Assembly (NCBI GenBank): GCA_964016885.1
Contig: OZ024743.1
Span: 330,770,001-330,834,000 of the forward strand
Length of the DNA: 64,000 nucleotides
DNA from: Eledone cirrhosa
Lineage: Eukaryota
Direction: 5' to 3'
Below are positions 1 to 13,492 of this stretch, one piece after another (within the stretch, counting starts at the first letter, position 1; each line of letters opens with the position of its first letter). The translations under genes were made by a program, and so were the position numbers. The notes below the pieces were generated by a model. The model searched no databases and had not been told where the DNA came from. It worked only from the letters and a program-made list of their open reading frames with translations.

Positions 1-1180
1 ATGTGTGTGTGTGTATGCGTATGGGTATGCATATACGTGCGTGTGTGTGAAAATAGCAGGCCGTAAGGGCTGTGAATGGTCACTATGGTTAAGTTAGCCA
101 TGTCAGCTCATTTCTCTCAGCCCGGTTGTTAAGTGGGGTCTGAGGTTCTTAATAACAAGTGCTTCCTTTATCCTTAAGGATCCGATGCTGCGTTCAGTCG
201 CTAGGACTGTGACCAAGGGTCTACCCTGTGGGTTTCCGCATTTAAGGATGTGTTTACGGAAGGAAGATGCGTTGGTGTTGATATGTTCCTTGATACGAAC
301 ATGTAGGGGTCGGATGGTGCTACCTATGTAAAACTTGTTACATTTATCGCATTGAATCTTATATACGACATAGGTGCGTAGGCAATCTGCCCCCCGTATC
401 GGGCAGTTGCTGAGGGAACACGTCCCATCTGACTCGTCGGGTTTGTTGGAGAGGCATCTTCGCAGCGAAGGTCCTGTGTGGGCCAAATGTATGTCAAGTC
501 CCTCCGTCCGTATGGCCCTGCGGATGGCGTTCGTGGTATATTCACTCAGGTGGGGGATTTTAAAGAAGCACCTGCTTTTATTTAAGTTTCTAGTGGGAGT
601 CTGTCTATTGGGTCTGGGGTCTCTAATTCCGTTAATCAGTCGCTTGGGATATCCATTAGACCTGAGTAGATTACGGAATTGCGTGGTATGGGTGAGACCA
701 CCCATCGGGTCGCTGCATCTGTTAGTGATCCGTGTCAGTTCATTTAGGACATAGCCTCTCTTAGCGTTGTTGGGGAGGGCTGAGTTGTAATGCACAAATA
801 AGTCCTTGCACGCTGCTTTGCGGTAGAAGGTGGTGTTTATGTCTCCTTCTTCCGAGATGTTGATACGGAAGTCGAGGAGGGCGAGTGACCCGTCTTCTCC
901 TGGGTGTTCGATGGTGAAATCGACGTGATGGTCAGTATCGTTGAAGATTTGGTGAATTTCATTCGCCATCTCCCGGGAAGAAGTAAGTATCAGGATGTCA
1001 TCAACGTATCTGGAGTAGAAGGCGACGGCGTTGGGTTGGCAGGTATTGAGTGCCTTGCGTTCCAGGTGGTCCATGTACGAGATCGCAAGTATGCCGGACA
1101 GACTAGAGCCCATAGGTAGCCCAGAGATTTGTTTGTACGTGTGGCCGAGGAAATTGAAGAGTGCATTATCCGCAAAAATG
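1..1180 (-). mobile_element. Penelope-like element, 5'-truncated left copy (RT C-terminal half + GIY-YIG endonuclease)
   Basis: ORF 103..1278(-) has RT motifs GLPMGSSLSG and YSRYVDD, then a Cys-rich linker (CSLSNCPI..C) and GIY-YIG (VVYKIQCDKCNKFYIGST.R.L..R..EH). Residues encoded above ~1180 are read-through from the inverted copy. A 1-bp deletion near 135 shifts the last codons relative to the right copy. Confidence 0.92.
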
Positions 1181-2106
1181 CACGTCGATTTCACCATCGA
1201 ACACCCAGGAGAAGACGGGTCACTCGCCCTCCTCGACTTCCGTATCAACATCTCGGAAGAAGGAGACATAAACACCACCTTCTACCGCAAAGCAGCGTGC
1301 AAGGACTTATTTGTGCATTACAACTCAGCCCTCCCCAACAACGCTAAGAGAGGCTATGTCCTAAATGAACTGACACGGATCACTAACAGATGCAGCGACC
1401 CGATGGGTGGTCTCACCCATACCACGCAATTCCGTAATCTACTCAGGTCTAATGGATATCCCAAGCGACTGATTAACGGAATTAGAGACCCCAGACCCAA
1501 TAGACAGACTCCCACTAGAAACTTAAATAAAAGCAGGTGCTTCTTTAAAATCCCCCACCTGAGTGAATATACCACGAACGCCATCCGCAGGGCCATACGG
1601 ACGGAGGGACTTGACATACATTTGGCCCACACAGGACCTTCGCTGCGAAGATGCCTCTCCAACAAACCCGACGAGTCAGATGGGACGTGTTCCCTCAGCA
1701 ACTGCCCGATACGGGGGGCAGATTGCCTACGCACCTATGTCGTATATAAGATTCAATGCGATAAATGTAACAAGTTTTACATAGGTAGCACCATCCGACC
1801 CCTACATGTTCGTATCAAGGAACATATCAACACCAACGCATCTTCCTTCCGTAAACACATCCTTAAATGCGGAAACCCACAGGGTAGACCCTTGGTCACA
1901 GTCCTAGCGACTGAACGCAGCATCGGATCCTTAAGGATAAAGGAAGCACTTGTTATTAAGAACCTCAGACCCCCACTTAACAACTGGGCTGAGAGAAATG
2001 AGCTGACATGGCTAACTTAACCATAGTGACCATTCACAGCCCTTACGGCCTGCTATTTTCACACACACGCACGTATATGCATACCCATACGCATACACAC
2101 ACACAT
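1..2106. repeat. Long inverted repeat, arms 1-927 and 1181-2106, 253-bp spacer
   Basis: The reverse complement of 901-927 equals 1181-1207, and the match continues to the window start with few differences seen. The left arm probably extends beyond the window. Confidence 0.95.
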
Positions 2107-2859
2107 CTATATTTATACACGCACACATGTTTTTACAACCTACCACCTTTCACACCCTTTGATTTCCAGCTTCTACAGCCCACTATCTTTCACACACACA
2201 CGCACTCACACATATACACACACAGTTACACACACATGTATACCCATACGCTTACACACACACATCTATATTTATACACGCACACATGTTTTACAACCTA
2301 CCACCTTTCACACCCTTTGATTTCCAGCTTCTACAGCCCACTATCTTTCACACACACACACACTCACACATATACACACTTACACATATACACACACAGT
2401 TACACACACATCTATATTTACACACACATATTTTACGGCTTTCACACGCTAGCGCACCCTCTTGATTTAACCCATTTGGTCAGTAGCTTTTGCCACAGCC
2501 TATCACGCGCACGCGCATTCTTTCCCTCATTTAAATTTTAAATAATTTTTCTCCCCATAACGGCATTCCTGTTTTAACGACATCACAACTTTCTCCGCTT
2601 AGCCTGTTCCCCCCCCCCCTTTTCGAACTTTCCCCCGTTGATGGGCGTGAGCCCGAAATATTGGGAATAAATCTCCACTACGGTAACCCTTCTACCTTTG
2701 TTTTGTTTTCATCTTTGTCTCTCTCAATTTTCACTTTATCCTATTTCTCCTATCTATCATTCACTTCCTACTTCGAGATTTCCCTCTGCATTGTTGTGGC
2801 TTTCTAAACTACGTATTTTACACATTTCACAATGCTTCAAGCAAACTTTAACACCCTCT

Positions 2860-2860
<1 letters not shown>
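1181..2860 (+). mobile_element. Penelope-like element, right (inverted) copy: end of RT/thumb + GIY-YIG, stop at 2020, then 3' tail ending in (TA)n
   Basis: From HVDFTIEHPG (1181) the protein matches the left copy. The tail has CA-rich repeats, a ~157-bp tandem duplication (~2100-2430), a hammerhead-like motif and AATAAA. The 3' boundary is approximate. Confidence 0.85.
2630..2667 (+). ncRNA. Deviant minimal hammerhead ribozyme-like motif (PLE 3' end)
   Basis: ttccc-CCGTTGA-t-gggc gtga gccc-GAAA-tatt-gggaa. Stems I and II pair and AATAAA overlaps the end, but the core deviates from CUGANGA at two positions. Confidence 0.45.
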
Positions 2861-2892
<32 letters not shown>

Positions 2893-3249
2893 ATATATAT
2901 AAATACGATTGTAATACGTCCAATAATTCCATCCGTCGCAACACTGATTCTCTTTTTTTCTGTTATATATATATATATTTATACCCAGCTTATGCTGACC
3001 GGATAACCATGTTGCTTGTTTATTCCCATCTTTGCGTTGCTTTCATCCTTCTATGTTGTTTACTTGTCTCACTCGCTTTACGCGATTCACTTGTCCCAAT
3101 AGCTTATTTTAGTTATTGCTCGCACCAACCTGAGGTATATGATTTTTAAGGCGATGAAATACCAATGACGGTTGGCAAATCACTGATGAGGGACTAATTT
3201 TATAATATGTAACCCATGTGCAACCACGCAGTATCCCTCTTCCCATATT

Positions 3250-3294
<45 letters not shown>

Positions 3295-3354
3295 TTGAAT
3301 GAAATGACAGGAGGCCGGACTGGTGAAATTCCTTCAAAGATTTATTTCAGCAAA

Positions 3355-3410
3355 CACTATGTACATTTCAGCGGCCAGGTTACGCAAGGTCCTGGTGGCA
3401 TCATCAGGTG
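3355..3410 (-). ncRNA. Type I minimal hammerhead ribozyme in a short PLE-like 3' end
   Basis: Minus strand reads cac-CTGATGA-tgcca ccagg...cctgg ccgct-GAAA-tgtacata-gtg. Stem III is palindromic (atgtacat) and AATAAA follows downstream. Confidence 0.7.
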
Positions 3411-3615
3411 TATATTGCACAATAGTTATATAATAATGGAAGAATGGTAAACAAAATCCAAGAGGATATAACAAGATTCATCATCAAAGATGGATGAGTT
3501 GCATAACGTCGAGTGCTTTTCCTAAGATTACGTTGTGGTTGGCTATACGGAATGACCAATTCTAACCTGTGGTGAACCAATAAATTTAAATAAATAAAAA
3601 TATATATAAATATAT

Positions 3616-3731
3616 ATAGGAAAAAGTATGACCCCGACGGCAGAGCTCAAGCCGTTTCGACGGGTATTTCTGGACTGAAATAGCCGTCGAAACGGCTTGA
3701 GCTCTGCCGTCGGGGTCATACTTTTTCCTAT
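3616..3731. repeat. Near-perfect hairpin, 55-bp arms, 6-nt loop, one mismatch
   Basis: ataggaaaaagtatgaccccgacgg...tatttc / tggact / gaaata...ccgtcggggtcatactttttcctat. The right arm continues ~80 bp into (TA)n. Confidence 0.95.
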
Positions 3732-4291
3732 TTCCCACTCTACTACCCTAAGTATTGAGTACTCTGGTGTGTTATGGTCCATTTGGTTCCTCACCACAAT
3801 TCCTTTGTTATATATATATATATATATATATACATTAGAACTGGTCATTTCATTTAGTTAACCATGATGTAATAGTGAGAAAAACACTCTATGTTATGTA
3901 ACTCATCCATCGTATTTGTTGAATCCTATGGCTGATACAGGAGCGCAGTTAAACATCTTTTAATTAAAGACTAAAATCCAAAGAGGGCTCGATAAGGATA
4001 AATATATATCAAATATATAAGAACCGTAGAGAAAATATTTATTAAAACAACAGATTAAAGTTTAAGTAAAGAATCGTTGCTTTCACTCTTAACGGGATCT
4101 TCTGAAATTAAAAAAATCAATCTGTGAACGCAGAATAAATATTTCGAAAAACGGTGCAACCGAAGTAAAACAGGAAGACGATACTTTGGTTCGTGAAGAC
4201 GTTCCCTGGCAAAAAACGAAAAAAAGTGAAGATAATACGTCATTATGTGGAGCAATAAGAACAATTACACACAAAGACAAAACCACGTTAA

Positions 4292-4373
<82 letters not shown>

Positions 4374-4544
4374 CATAAACGGAGAAAGCTATTAGCGATA
4401 CTCCGACCAATTTCCAACTCACTCAACAAACATTAGGAAATACCGGAGTATATTCCCAATTAAACGTTTGGGGTGCTAACTATATTGTATTGTGTGGATA
4501 ATTGGCTGTATTATTTTATATGAGATATATTAAATAACTCATTT

Positions 4545-4667
4545 CCCAAACGAATCGTTTCATTATAAGATTTCTACATTGTGGGTGAAATTATACCAAG
4601 TTATGTAGAAGCTTGTGTAAGATCCATGGATTCTTACGTAAGTGGGCCCTTATAAATCTTCAGTGGG
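4545..4667 (-). ncRNA. Hammerhead ribozyme with extended stem II
   Basis: Minus strand reads ccca-CTGAAGA-t ttataag...(~80 nt)...cttataa t-GAAA-cgattcg-TT-tggg. The core is canonical with a GUU cleavage triplet. Confidence 0.7.
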
Positions 4668-5638
4668 TGCCCAATAATATTAATATTATTAATAACTAAA
4701 TCAATATCAATATTTACCGATAATCACCATCAGTGCTAGAAGGAACTGTTAGGTTGTAAGTCCAGCAGTTCTAAAGAAAATCTCATACAGTCCCGAAAAT
4801 GGGAGGCACACTACGCGGCCTGTATTCCTCTATTCTCCCTTCTTACCTTTTCTTTCTATGCCTCAGTGTCCTTCTTTGTCTAAACGTTTGTCTTCTGTTT
4901 TACTATTTCTCACCTTTCTATATTTTTCTCCTTTGGCTGAGCCCTTGTACTCTCTATATTTGTGTAATTTGTGTAATTTAGCATCACTTGTCTCTACCTC
5001 TTTTATTATGTCCACAATGTGCACTGGAATGATTGGTTTTAACCTTAAATGATCCGAAACCGTAGTGGTTTCCAGAGGTTGACTGAGGAAATGGGACTGT
5101 CCGTCTTTTCGTTGTCTTTGTCAAATGCGCCCCCTATTTTGAAATTATATATATATATGTATATATATGTGTGTGTGAGTGTGTGTGTGATATGTATGTG
5201 TGTGTTTGTGTTGATCCCGAGTTAAATTGGGGATAACCACAGTAAAAAGGTACCCAATACATAAGCAGATTGAGAAAAACAAAAAAATTATTATAAAAAT
5301 TGCTGCTACGTGACTACAACTGTTTCACATGTATGAAACAGTTCTATTCCTGTAAAAGGAATTTCGAAATGGCCCGAGCTCAGACCTCGGGGTCCTGACA
5401 CTTTTCATGTATATATATATAGTATTTACGTATCGAGAGAGAGAGAAAAAGGAGGGGTAGGTGATACATTTAGTTATTTGCCAAGTAGCGTATGCCAAAG
5501 GTGCTCAATACTAGTGCCGGCAGTAGTAAATATTCGAAGTGTTAATATTTAGTGGGCTAGAGAGTTAGCAGAGCGTAAGCACGTGGGAAAGTAAAAAATC
5601 GGAGAATAGACCGTTAATACATGTTTATTTAAAATATC

Positions 5639-5676
5639 ACCTACGTACGTTTCGCCCAGTTGGGCTTCTCAAGGGC
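5639..5676 (-). ncRNA. Minimal hammerhead variant (CUUGANAA-type core)
   Basis: Minus strand reads gcc-CTTGAGAA-gccca ac tgggc-GAAA-cgtacg-TA-ggt. Stem III is palindromic (acgtacgt) and AATAAA follows. Confidence 0.6.
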
Positions 5677-5836
5677 ATAAATAATCACAAGTGTTCCTTA
5701 TATAGTTCGGAAAGAGTTTTGGGGGTTAAATCTACATCAAGATTCATTGCTCGCAAAAATATCTTGTTTTGATTTTGCAGCAGGTCAAGGGAGGTAACTC
5801 TGGCCGGTGTTAGGGCAGTCTTTCCCGGATAATTTT

Positions 5837-5871
<35 letters not shown>

Positions 5872-6061
5872 ATGAATATATATATATATATTTATATATA
5901 TATATATATGAATATATATATATATATTTATATATATATATATGAATAAAATTAGAACAAGAAGACAGGACTGTCCGCCATCAGTGATCTTCCAGCCATC
6001 ATTAGTATTTCTTCGCATTAAAGTTAAAGACCATATACCTCTGGCTGGGCGACCAATAGCT

Positions 6062-6116
<55 letters not shown>

Positions 6117-6529
6117 GTACGTTATTCCGGGTTGAATCGGAGGTAACCACAGTAAGTAAGGTACTCAATACATAGCAGAGTATAAAAGTTTTAATATAGA
6201 TGAGATTCTACATGATGATATTCCTGATGATTTCTAAAGAATGAAACAGTTCTAGTCCTGTAGAATCTCATATATATATATATATATATATATCATCACT
6301 ATCATCATATATATATATATATATACACGCAAAAGACACGCACAGGGTCACAGAGAGAGGGGGGGGGGGGAGAAAGAGAGAGAGAGAGCTAGATAGACAA
6401 GAAAAGATAAAGGAAGATGGTACTTTTGTATGTGTATGCTGGTTATGTATTTATAATTATATGTAAAGAGATAACTGTCACATACACACCAGTATTTATA
6501 ACATACTTGATATAATCACCTTACCTACA

Positions 6530-9030
<2,501 letters not shown>

Positions 9031-9493
9031 TTATATAGCTGCTATATAAAAAAAGTAAGTTAGTATGAGAATAATGTTTACGTTAGCGATTGTCATGTGT
9101 ATTTATAACTCATCCTCGCCTCCAGTAGCTCTACAGTAGTAACTAACTACTTGACATCGTCTATATGGTTTGTAAGTATATAAATATATATATAGATACA
9201 TATATATATATCGAGAGAGAGAGAGATGATAGATACATAGATAGATAGATATGTTTCTTTTATTTGCCACCAGGGCATCAAAAGTGGGACAAGTACAATG
9301 GGGGGAGTTTACAAAACAAGGCGTCCTCAATAAGGAGGAGGCAATAACAATATATAAAAATAAAATAAAATATAACAAAAAATAAAATTTATAACAAAGT
9401 CCTCAATAGAGAGGAGGCGCCTTGGGGGGTCGCACACACCCCCTAAAAAAGTGTGCAACCCTTCTCCTCAGGAGCACAGAGAAGGGGTGCTCC

Positions 9494-12400
9494 CTATAGT
9501 CTGATGTAGAGTGAAGGCCCATTCACACGGGCCATTCTCGCCACTTTCACCCATCTTTCATAGAAACGGCTGGGGTGCAGCACCTCTCTCTCCATCCTGA
9601 TCCTTCTTCCGAAATGATATCGGAAGAAACGGACCAGTTGTTGGCCAGAGAGAAAGGTGTCTGACCTCAGTCCTTTCAAACGCGTCCACCATACAACCTC
9701 TTTCGCCATGGCTATTACGCACAGAAACACCGCCTCTCCTTCGTTTTTGAAGAGGGAAGGCGGCTTGATCGTTACAATAGACTCGGTGGTCAACCGGATC
9801 GGTCCCACCCTTGACAGCAGTTGTTCGACATAGCCCCACAGATCGGCAATGCCCGAGCAGTGTACCAATGCGTGTGCAACGGTTTCCTCGTCGCACACGC
9901 ATCTGGGACAGACCTTTTTCGATGGGTCCCTACCCGGGCGCCCGTGTCTGTAGAGCCTTTCTCGAACGGGCAGAGCCCTTCTGTAGCATTGCCAGGCCAG
10001 GGACCTCTGGAAGTTATCCATGGGTCCCGGGCTGAATGTCCAACCGAACAGGTTGGCCAGTTCGTCTTCCTCCATGCCTAGGGCTTCTCCGAGGGCGTCG
10101 TCACACCTGCTAACCACCAGCCCTCTATAGAATGACGAGGTGGATTCTCCACTGACAGCCGGGTCCGCCTGCCAGAGAGCCGTGAGCGCCTGGGCACACT
10201 CGGTGTGCCAGGCGCCCAGTTTTCTCGGTCTTTGCTTGACCCAGGATTGCAGCTCGGTGAGTGAGACGAGTCTGGGAAAGGCTCGCCTCACAAACGGGGC
10301 CCACACCGGTTGACCGGAGAGGAATACCTGAAGGTGCCGTAGCCTTAATGCGTGTTTACGTATAATCAGCCACGGCATCCCCAGCCCTCCTTTCGAAGGG
10401 TGTTGACAGCAGATGGATTTCCTCACCATAGGAGCCCGCTTCTTCCAAAGGAATTGGAAGAGTGCGCGCTCCATTTTGGCGAGCGTTTCCCTTGGGCAAG
10501 GCACCACGGTCAGGCGGTAGTAGATGACGGACGCTATATAAGTGTTCGCCACCTCCGCCCGACCTTTCAGGGACAGTTTGCACTCGGCCCACTTCTGGGT
10601 CAGTGCAAACACCCTGCTCGTCACCTCACCCCAGTTCTTCTCCACCTGGAGGTCTGGTCCGAACCAGACCCCGAGCAATTTCACCGGGCCCTCCGTCCAG
10701 CGCCCGACGACGCCATCGGAGGGCATCGATCTGCCCCTCCACGTGCCGAGTTGCAGACCGATCGACTTGTCCCGGTTCAGCTTAGCCCCTGTAAACTTTT
10801 CGTACTCCTCCAGTAAGGTGCCGATCGCCCCGATTTCCGAGGCCGTCGACACCATTACTGTTACGTCATCGGCGTAGGCTGACACCGCTTTCCGCAATCC
10901 CGGTTCCAACGGGATGCCCTGCAACAACTCCAACTTCCGCAGCAGTGGCTCTAGAGTCACTACATACAGAAGGGAGGAGAGAGGGCACCCCTGTCGGATG
11001 GACCGCGCGATTTCGAACGGCTCCGAGAGGTAGCCGTTCACCTTGACCCTAGAGCAGATGCGGCTGCTGTGCATGGCATTGATCCAGCCCCTGAAAACGG
11101 GTCCGAAGCCTGCCGCCGCTAGCACCGCATCCAGGTAACCATGGTCGACCCTATCGAGTGCCTTAGATTGATCCAAGTTGATCAGGGCCCCACCAAAGCC
11201 GGGTTCGTTCCCAACCCTCTCTATGATGTATCGCATGAGGTGGAGGTTATCGTGGATGGACCTGGACGGGATAGCACATGTCTGCGCATCTCCCACCAGG
11301 TTGCCCACGACAAGCGCCAACCTCTTTGCTAGCACCTTGGCCAAAATCTGTAACTCTGTATTTAGCAGAGTTATGGGCCTGAAATTATTTATATCGTCCC
11401 CCTTGTTCTCGTCCTTCCTCACTAGCGTGACTACGCCCTTGGTCACAGCACAGGGAATTCTCCCGTTCTGTCGCCAGTTGCAGTAGACCGCCTCGAGGAG
11501 TTCGGGGAACAAGTCCGGCATAGCTAGATATAGTTCGTATGGAAGACCATCGAGACCCGGGGATTTGCGTTTGCCGCATTGGCTTAGCACGTCCTCTATC
11601 TCAGCGGCTGAAATCGGCTCCTCGCAGGACTTCGCCTCCCTGTCCGAGAGACGCGACAGGCCGTCGAGGTATGGACCGAAGTCCACGTCCCCAACCGGCC
11701 TCCCGCCCCTTCCGAACAATTCGGCAAAGTGCTTTTGAAAAGCCTCGCACATCTGCTTAGGTTCAAGGATCACCCGTCCATCCTGGTCTCGCAAAGACCG
11801 GATAGTGGATCTGCTCCCTCTTTTGGCTTCTGTCACGCGGGCCCAGCTAACAGCTTTGGTCCCCTCGTTTCCCAGAGCACGTATTTTGCTTCGGACGATG
11901 CAGCCTTCGTGTTTCGCGTCGAAGAACTGGCCCAGGGCCGTTCTCGACGCTAGCACTCTGGCCACGTCGCCGCTTCTAATTGCCTCTTCTACACTATCTA
12001 CCAACTCCCTTTCCTTCATATTTCTATTGGAGGCTAACTCCTTACTAAATTCTATAGAGACTACTCTAATCTCTCTTTTGAGAGATCCCCACCACCTGCT
12101 GTTGACGATGGCGCCCGTCAACCGCTCCTTAACTAAAGTGCTAATCCGGTTCCTGTAAGCCTTACTTGCCGGTAAGGACAAGTTGAGCTTCCAGTAACCG
12201 GGTCCCTGTCTATGAGTTCTGTCAAGGTTGACCATGCAGGTCACTAATTTGTGGTCTGAATAGCCAACCATGCGCATTTTTGGACAACTTAAAAAGTCCT
12301 TATCCTTAATTCTAACTAAGAACCTATCTAGGTACGACCTAGATGTTCCGCTACGATTTGCCCAAGTCCAGGTTGGCGCAGTCGGAAAATCTAGTCGATA

Positions 12401-12931
12401 TCTATCGGCCAGGTCAAATCGACCGATTAACCCTTTGAGGCTATTACACCCCTCTCTATCGGGACAGGCCCCTACGTAGTCCCAGCGTGCATCTAGGATA
12501 CCATTCCAGTCCCCCACTAATAGCAAGGAGCGGGACGTCCCTAGAAAAGTCTCCAGAGGATGGAAGAAGTCCGGCCGCATTGACCCGAAAGGGCCGTAGG
12601 CGGCTACCAACCTAAACGCTCCGCCTTTACCACTGCCAAGGTCCAGAACCACTAGTCGACCCTCCGGGTCCAAATGTACCATCTGTGTTGCGAGACCCAG
12701 ATGTTTTTGCAGCAGAACGACAACTCCACCCCCACCTCCGGGCTGACAGAGAGATGCGTGCATCTCAAAGTCATCAAAGGTGGGGGCCAACTGTCGCACG
12801 TTGCTGATCCGGGCCTCGCAAATAACCATCACATCTATACGTTGTGACCTGAGGTCATTTAGAAGCATTGCTTGCTTCCAAGTTGAGATCAGGCCACGCG
12901 CATTTAAACAGCCTACTCTTAGCATAGCCAT
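9494..12931 (-). CDS. Tx1 ORF2: APE endonuclease, reverse transcriptase, C-terminal zinc finger
   Basis: LNARGL, GDWN and SDHKLV (APE); SPGLDG, FRPITLLN, QGCPLS and YADD (RT); CPRC..ETVAHALVHC. The frame is uninterrupted, the likely ATG is at 12931 and the ORF is open from 12955. Confidence 0.93.
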   Translation of the reverse strand: MAMLRVGCLNARGLISTWKQAMLLNDLRSQRIDVMVICEARISNVRQLAPTFDDFEMHASLCQPGGGGGVVVLLQKHLGLATQMVHLDPEGRLVVLDLGSGKGGAFRLVAAYGPFGSMRPDFFHPLETFLGTSRSLLLVGDWNGILDARWDYVGACPDREGCNSLKGLIGRFDLADRYRLDFPTAPTWTWANRSGTSRSYLDRFLVRIKDKDFLSCPKMRMVGYSDHKLVTCMVNLDRTHRQGPGYWKLNLSLPASKAYRNRISTLVKERLTGAIVNSRWWGSLKREIRVVSIEFSKELASNRNMKERELVDSVEEAIRSGDVARVLASRTALGQFFDAKHEGCIVRSKIRALGNEGTKAVSWARVTEAKRGSRSTIRSLRDQDGRVILEPKQMCEAFQKHFAELFGRGGRPVGDVDFGPYLDGLSRLSDREAKSCEEPISAAEIEDVLSQCGKRKSPGLDGLPYELYLAMPDLFPELLEAVYCNWRQNGRIPCAVTKGVVTLVRKDENKGDDINNFRPITLLNTELQILAKVLAKRLALVVGNLVGDAQTCAIPSRSIHDNLHLMRYIIERVGNEPGFGGALINLDQSKALDRVDHGYLDAVLAAAGFGPVFRGWINAMHSSRICSRVKVNGYLSEPFEIARSIRQGCPLSSLLYVVTLEPLLRKLELLQGIPLEPGLRKAVSAYADDVTVMVSTASEIGAIGTLLEEYEKFTGAKLNRDKSIGLQLGTWRGRSMPSDGVVGRWTEGPVKLLGVWFGPDLQVEKNWGEVTSRVFALTQKWAECKLSLKGRAEVANTYIASVIYYRLTVVPCPRETLAKMERALFQFLWKKRAPMVRKSICCQHPSKGGLGMPWLIIRKHALRLRHLQVFLSGQPVWAPFVRRAFPRLVSLTELQSWVKQRPRKLGAWHTECAQALTALWQADPAVSGESTSSFYRGLVVSRCDDALGEALGMEEDELANLFGWTFSPGPMDNFQRSLAWQCYRRALPVRERLYRHGRPGRDPSKKVCPRCVCDEETVAHALVHCSGIADLWGYVEQLLSRVGPIRLTTESIVTIKPPSLFKNEGEAVFLCVIAMAKEVVWWTRLKGLRSDTFLSGQQLVRFFRYHFGRRIRMEREVLHPSRFYERWVKVARMARVNGPSLYIRL

Positions 12932-13492
12932 GTTGGTGGTGAAGAGAAAAGGCACTTACCTCTCTGCGTCCCGGGTATCGGGCTGCACAATTTCCATTAG
13001 GGTGGGGGATGGGTTGTTGGGTGGGGTGGTGGTTTGTGGAAGTGTAGGGGCATCAGTGTGTTGTGTGGTTGGGGAGCTTGGAGTTGTGTGGGTGTTTGGG
13101 GAGGGGGTGGGATAGTTTTTTAGGAGGACGCGGTTAATGGGCCCGACGCAGGGGGGGACCCACGTCCTCTTTAAAATTGTTTTTTTAAAGTTTTATAGGT
13201 GTCCTGTGGGGCCTTAATCATTTTGAGGTGGGGGGAAATCCCCTGCCTGGGTGAAGTTAGGACCTTGTGTTTTTATTAAATTGTTGTTGTACACAATGTT
13301 TAACAGTTTTTTGTTTCTTGTGTTTATGTATGTGTATGCATGTTTTTGTTTTTGAGTGGTGTTTTTTGTTTGCTGTTGTTGTGAGCTCTTTTGTGTTGGT
13401 GTCAGTGTTATGTTTTGGGGAGGGGTTGTTTTCATTTGTGTGTCTGAGGTGTGTTTTCTTTTTTTTCTTTTGATTGTGTGGAAGTGCTCCTC

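Noticed and set aside
1031-1180. N-terminus of the 329-aa plus-strand ORF as a novel fusion domain
   Set aside because: It is the antisense of the RT region, open by chance across the inversion junction.
3181-3240. Hammerhead at ctgatgaggg
   Set aside because: No GAAA half-core or stem III follows, so it is at most a remnant.
12954-12961. Perfect AG|GTAAGT splice donor on the minus strand just before Tx1 ORF2
   Set aside because: The TAA coincides with the probable ancestral ORF1 stop, and no acceptor or transcript evidence is visible.
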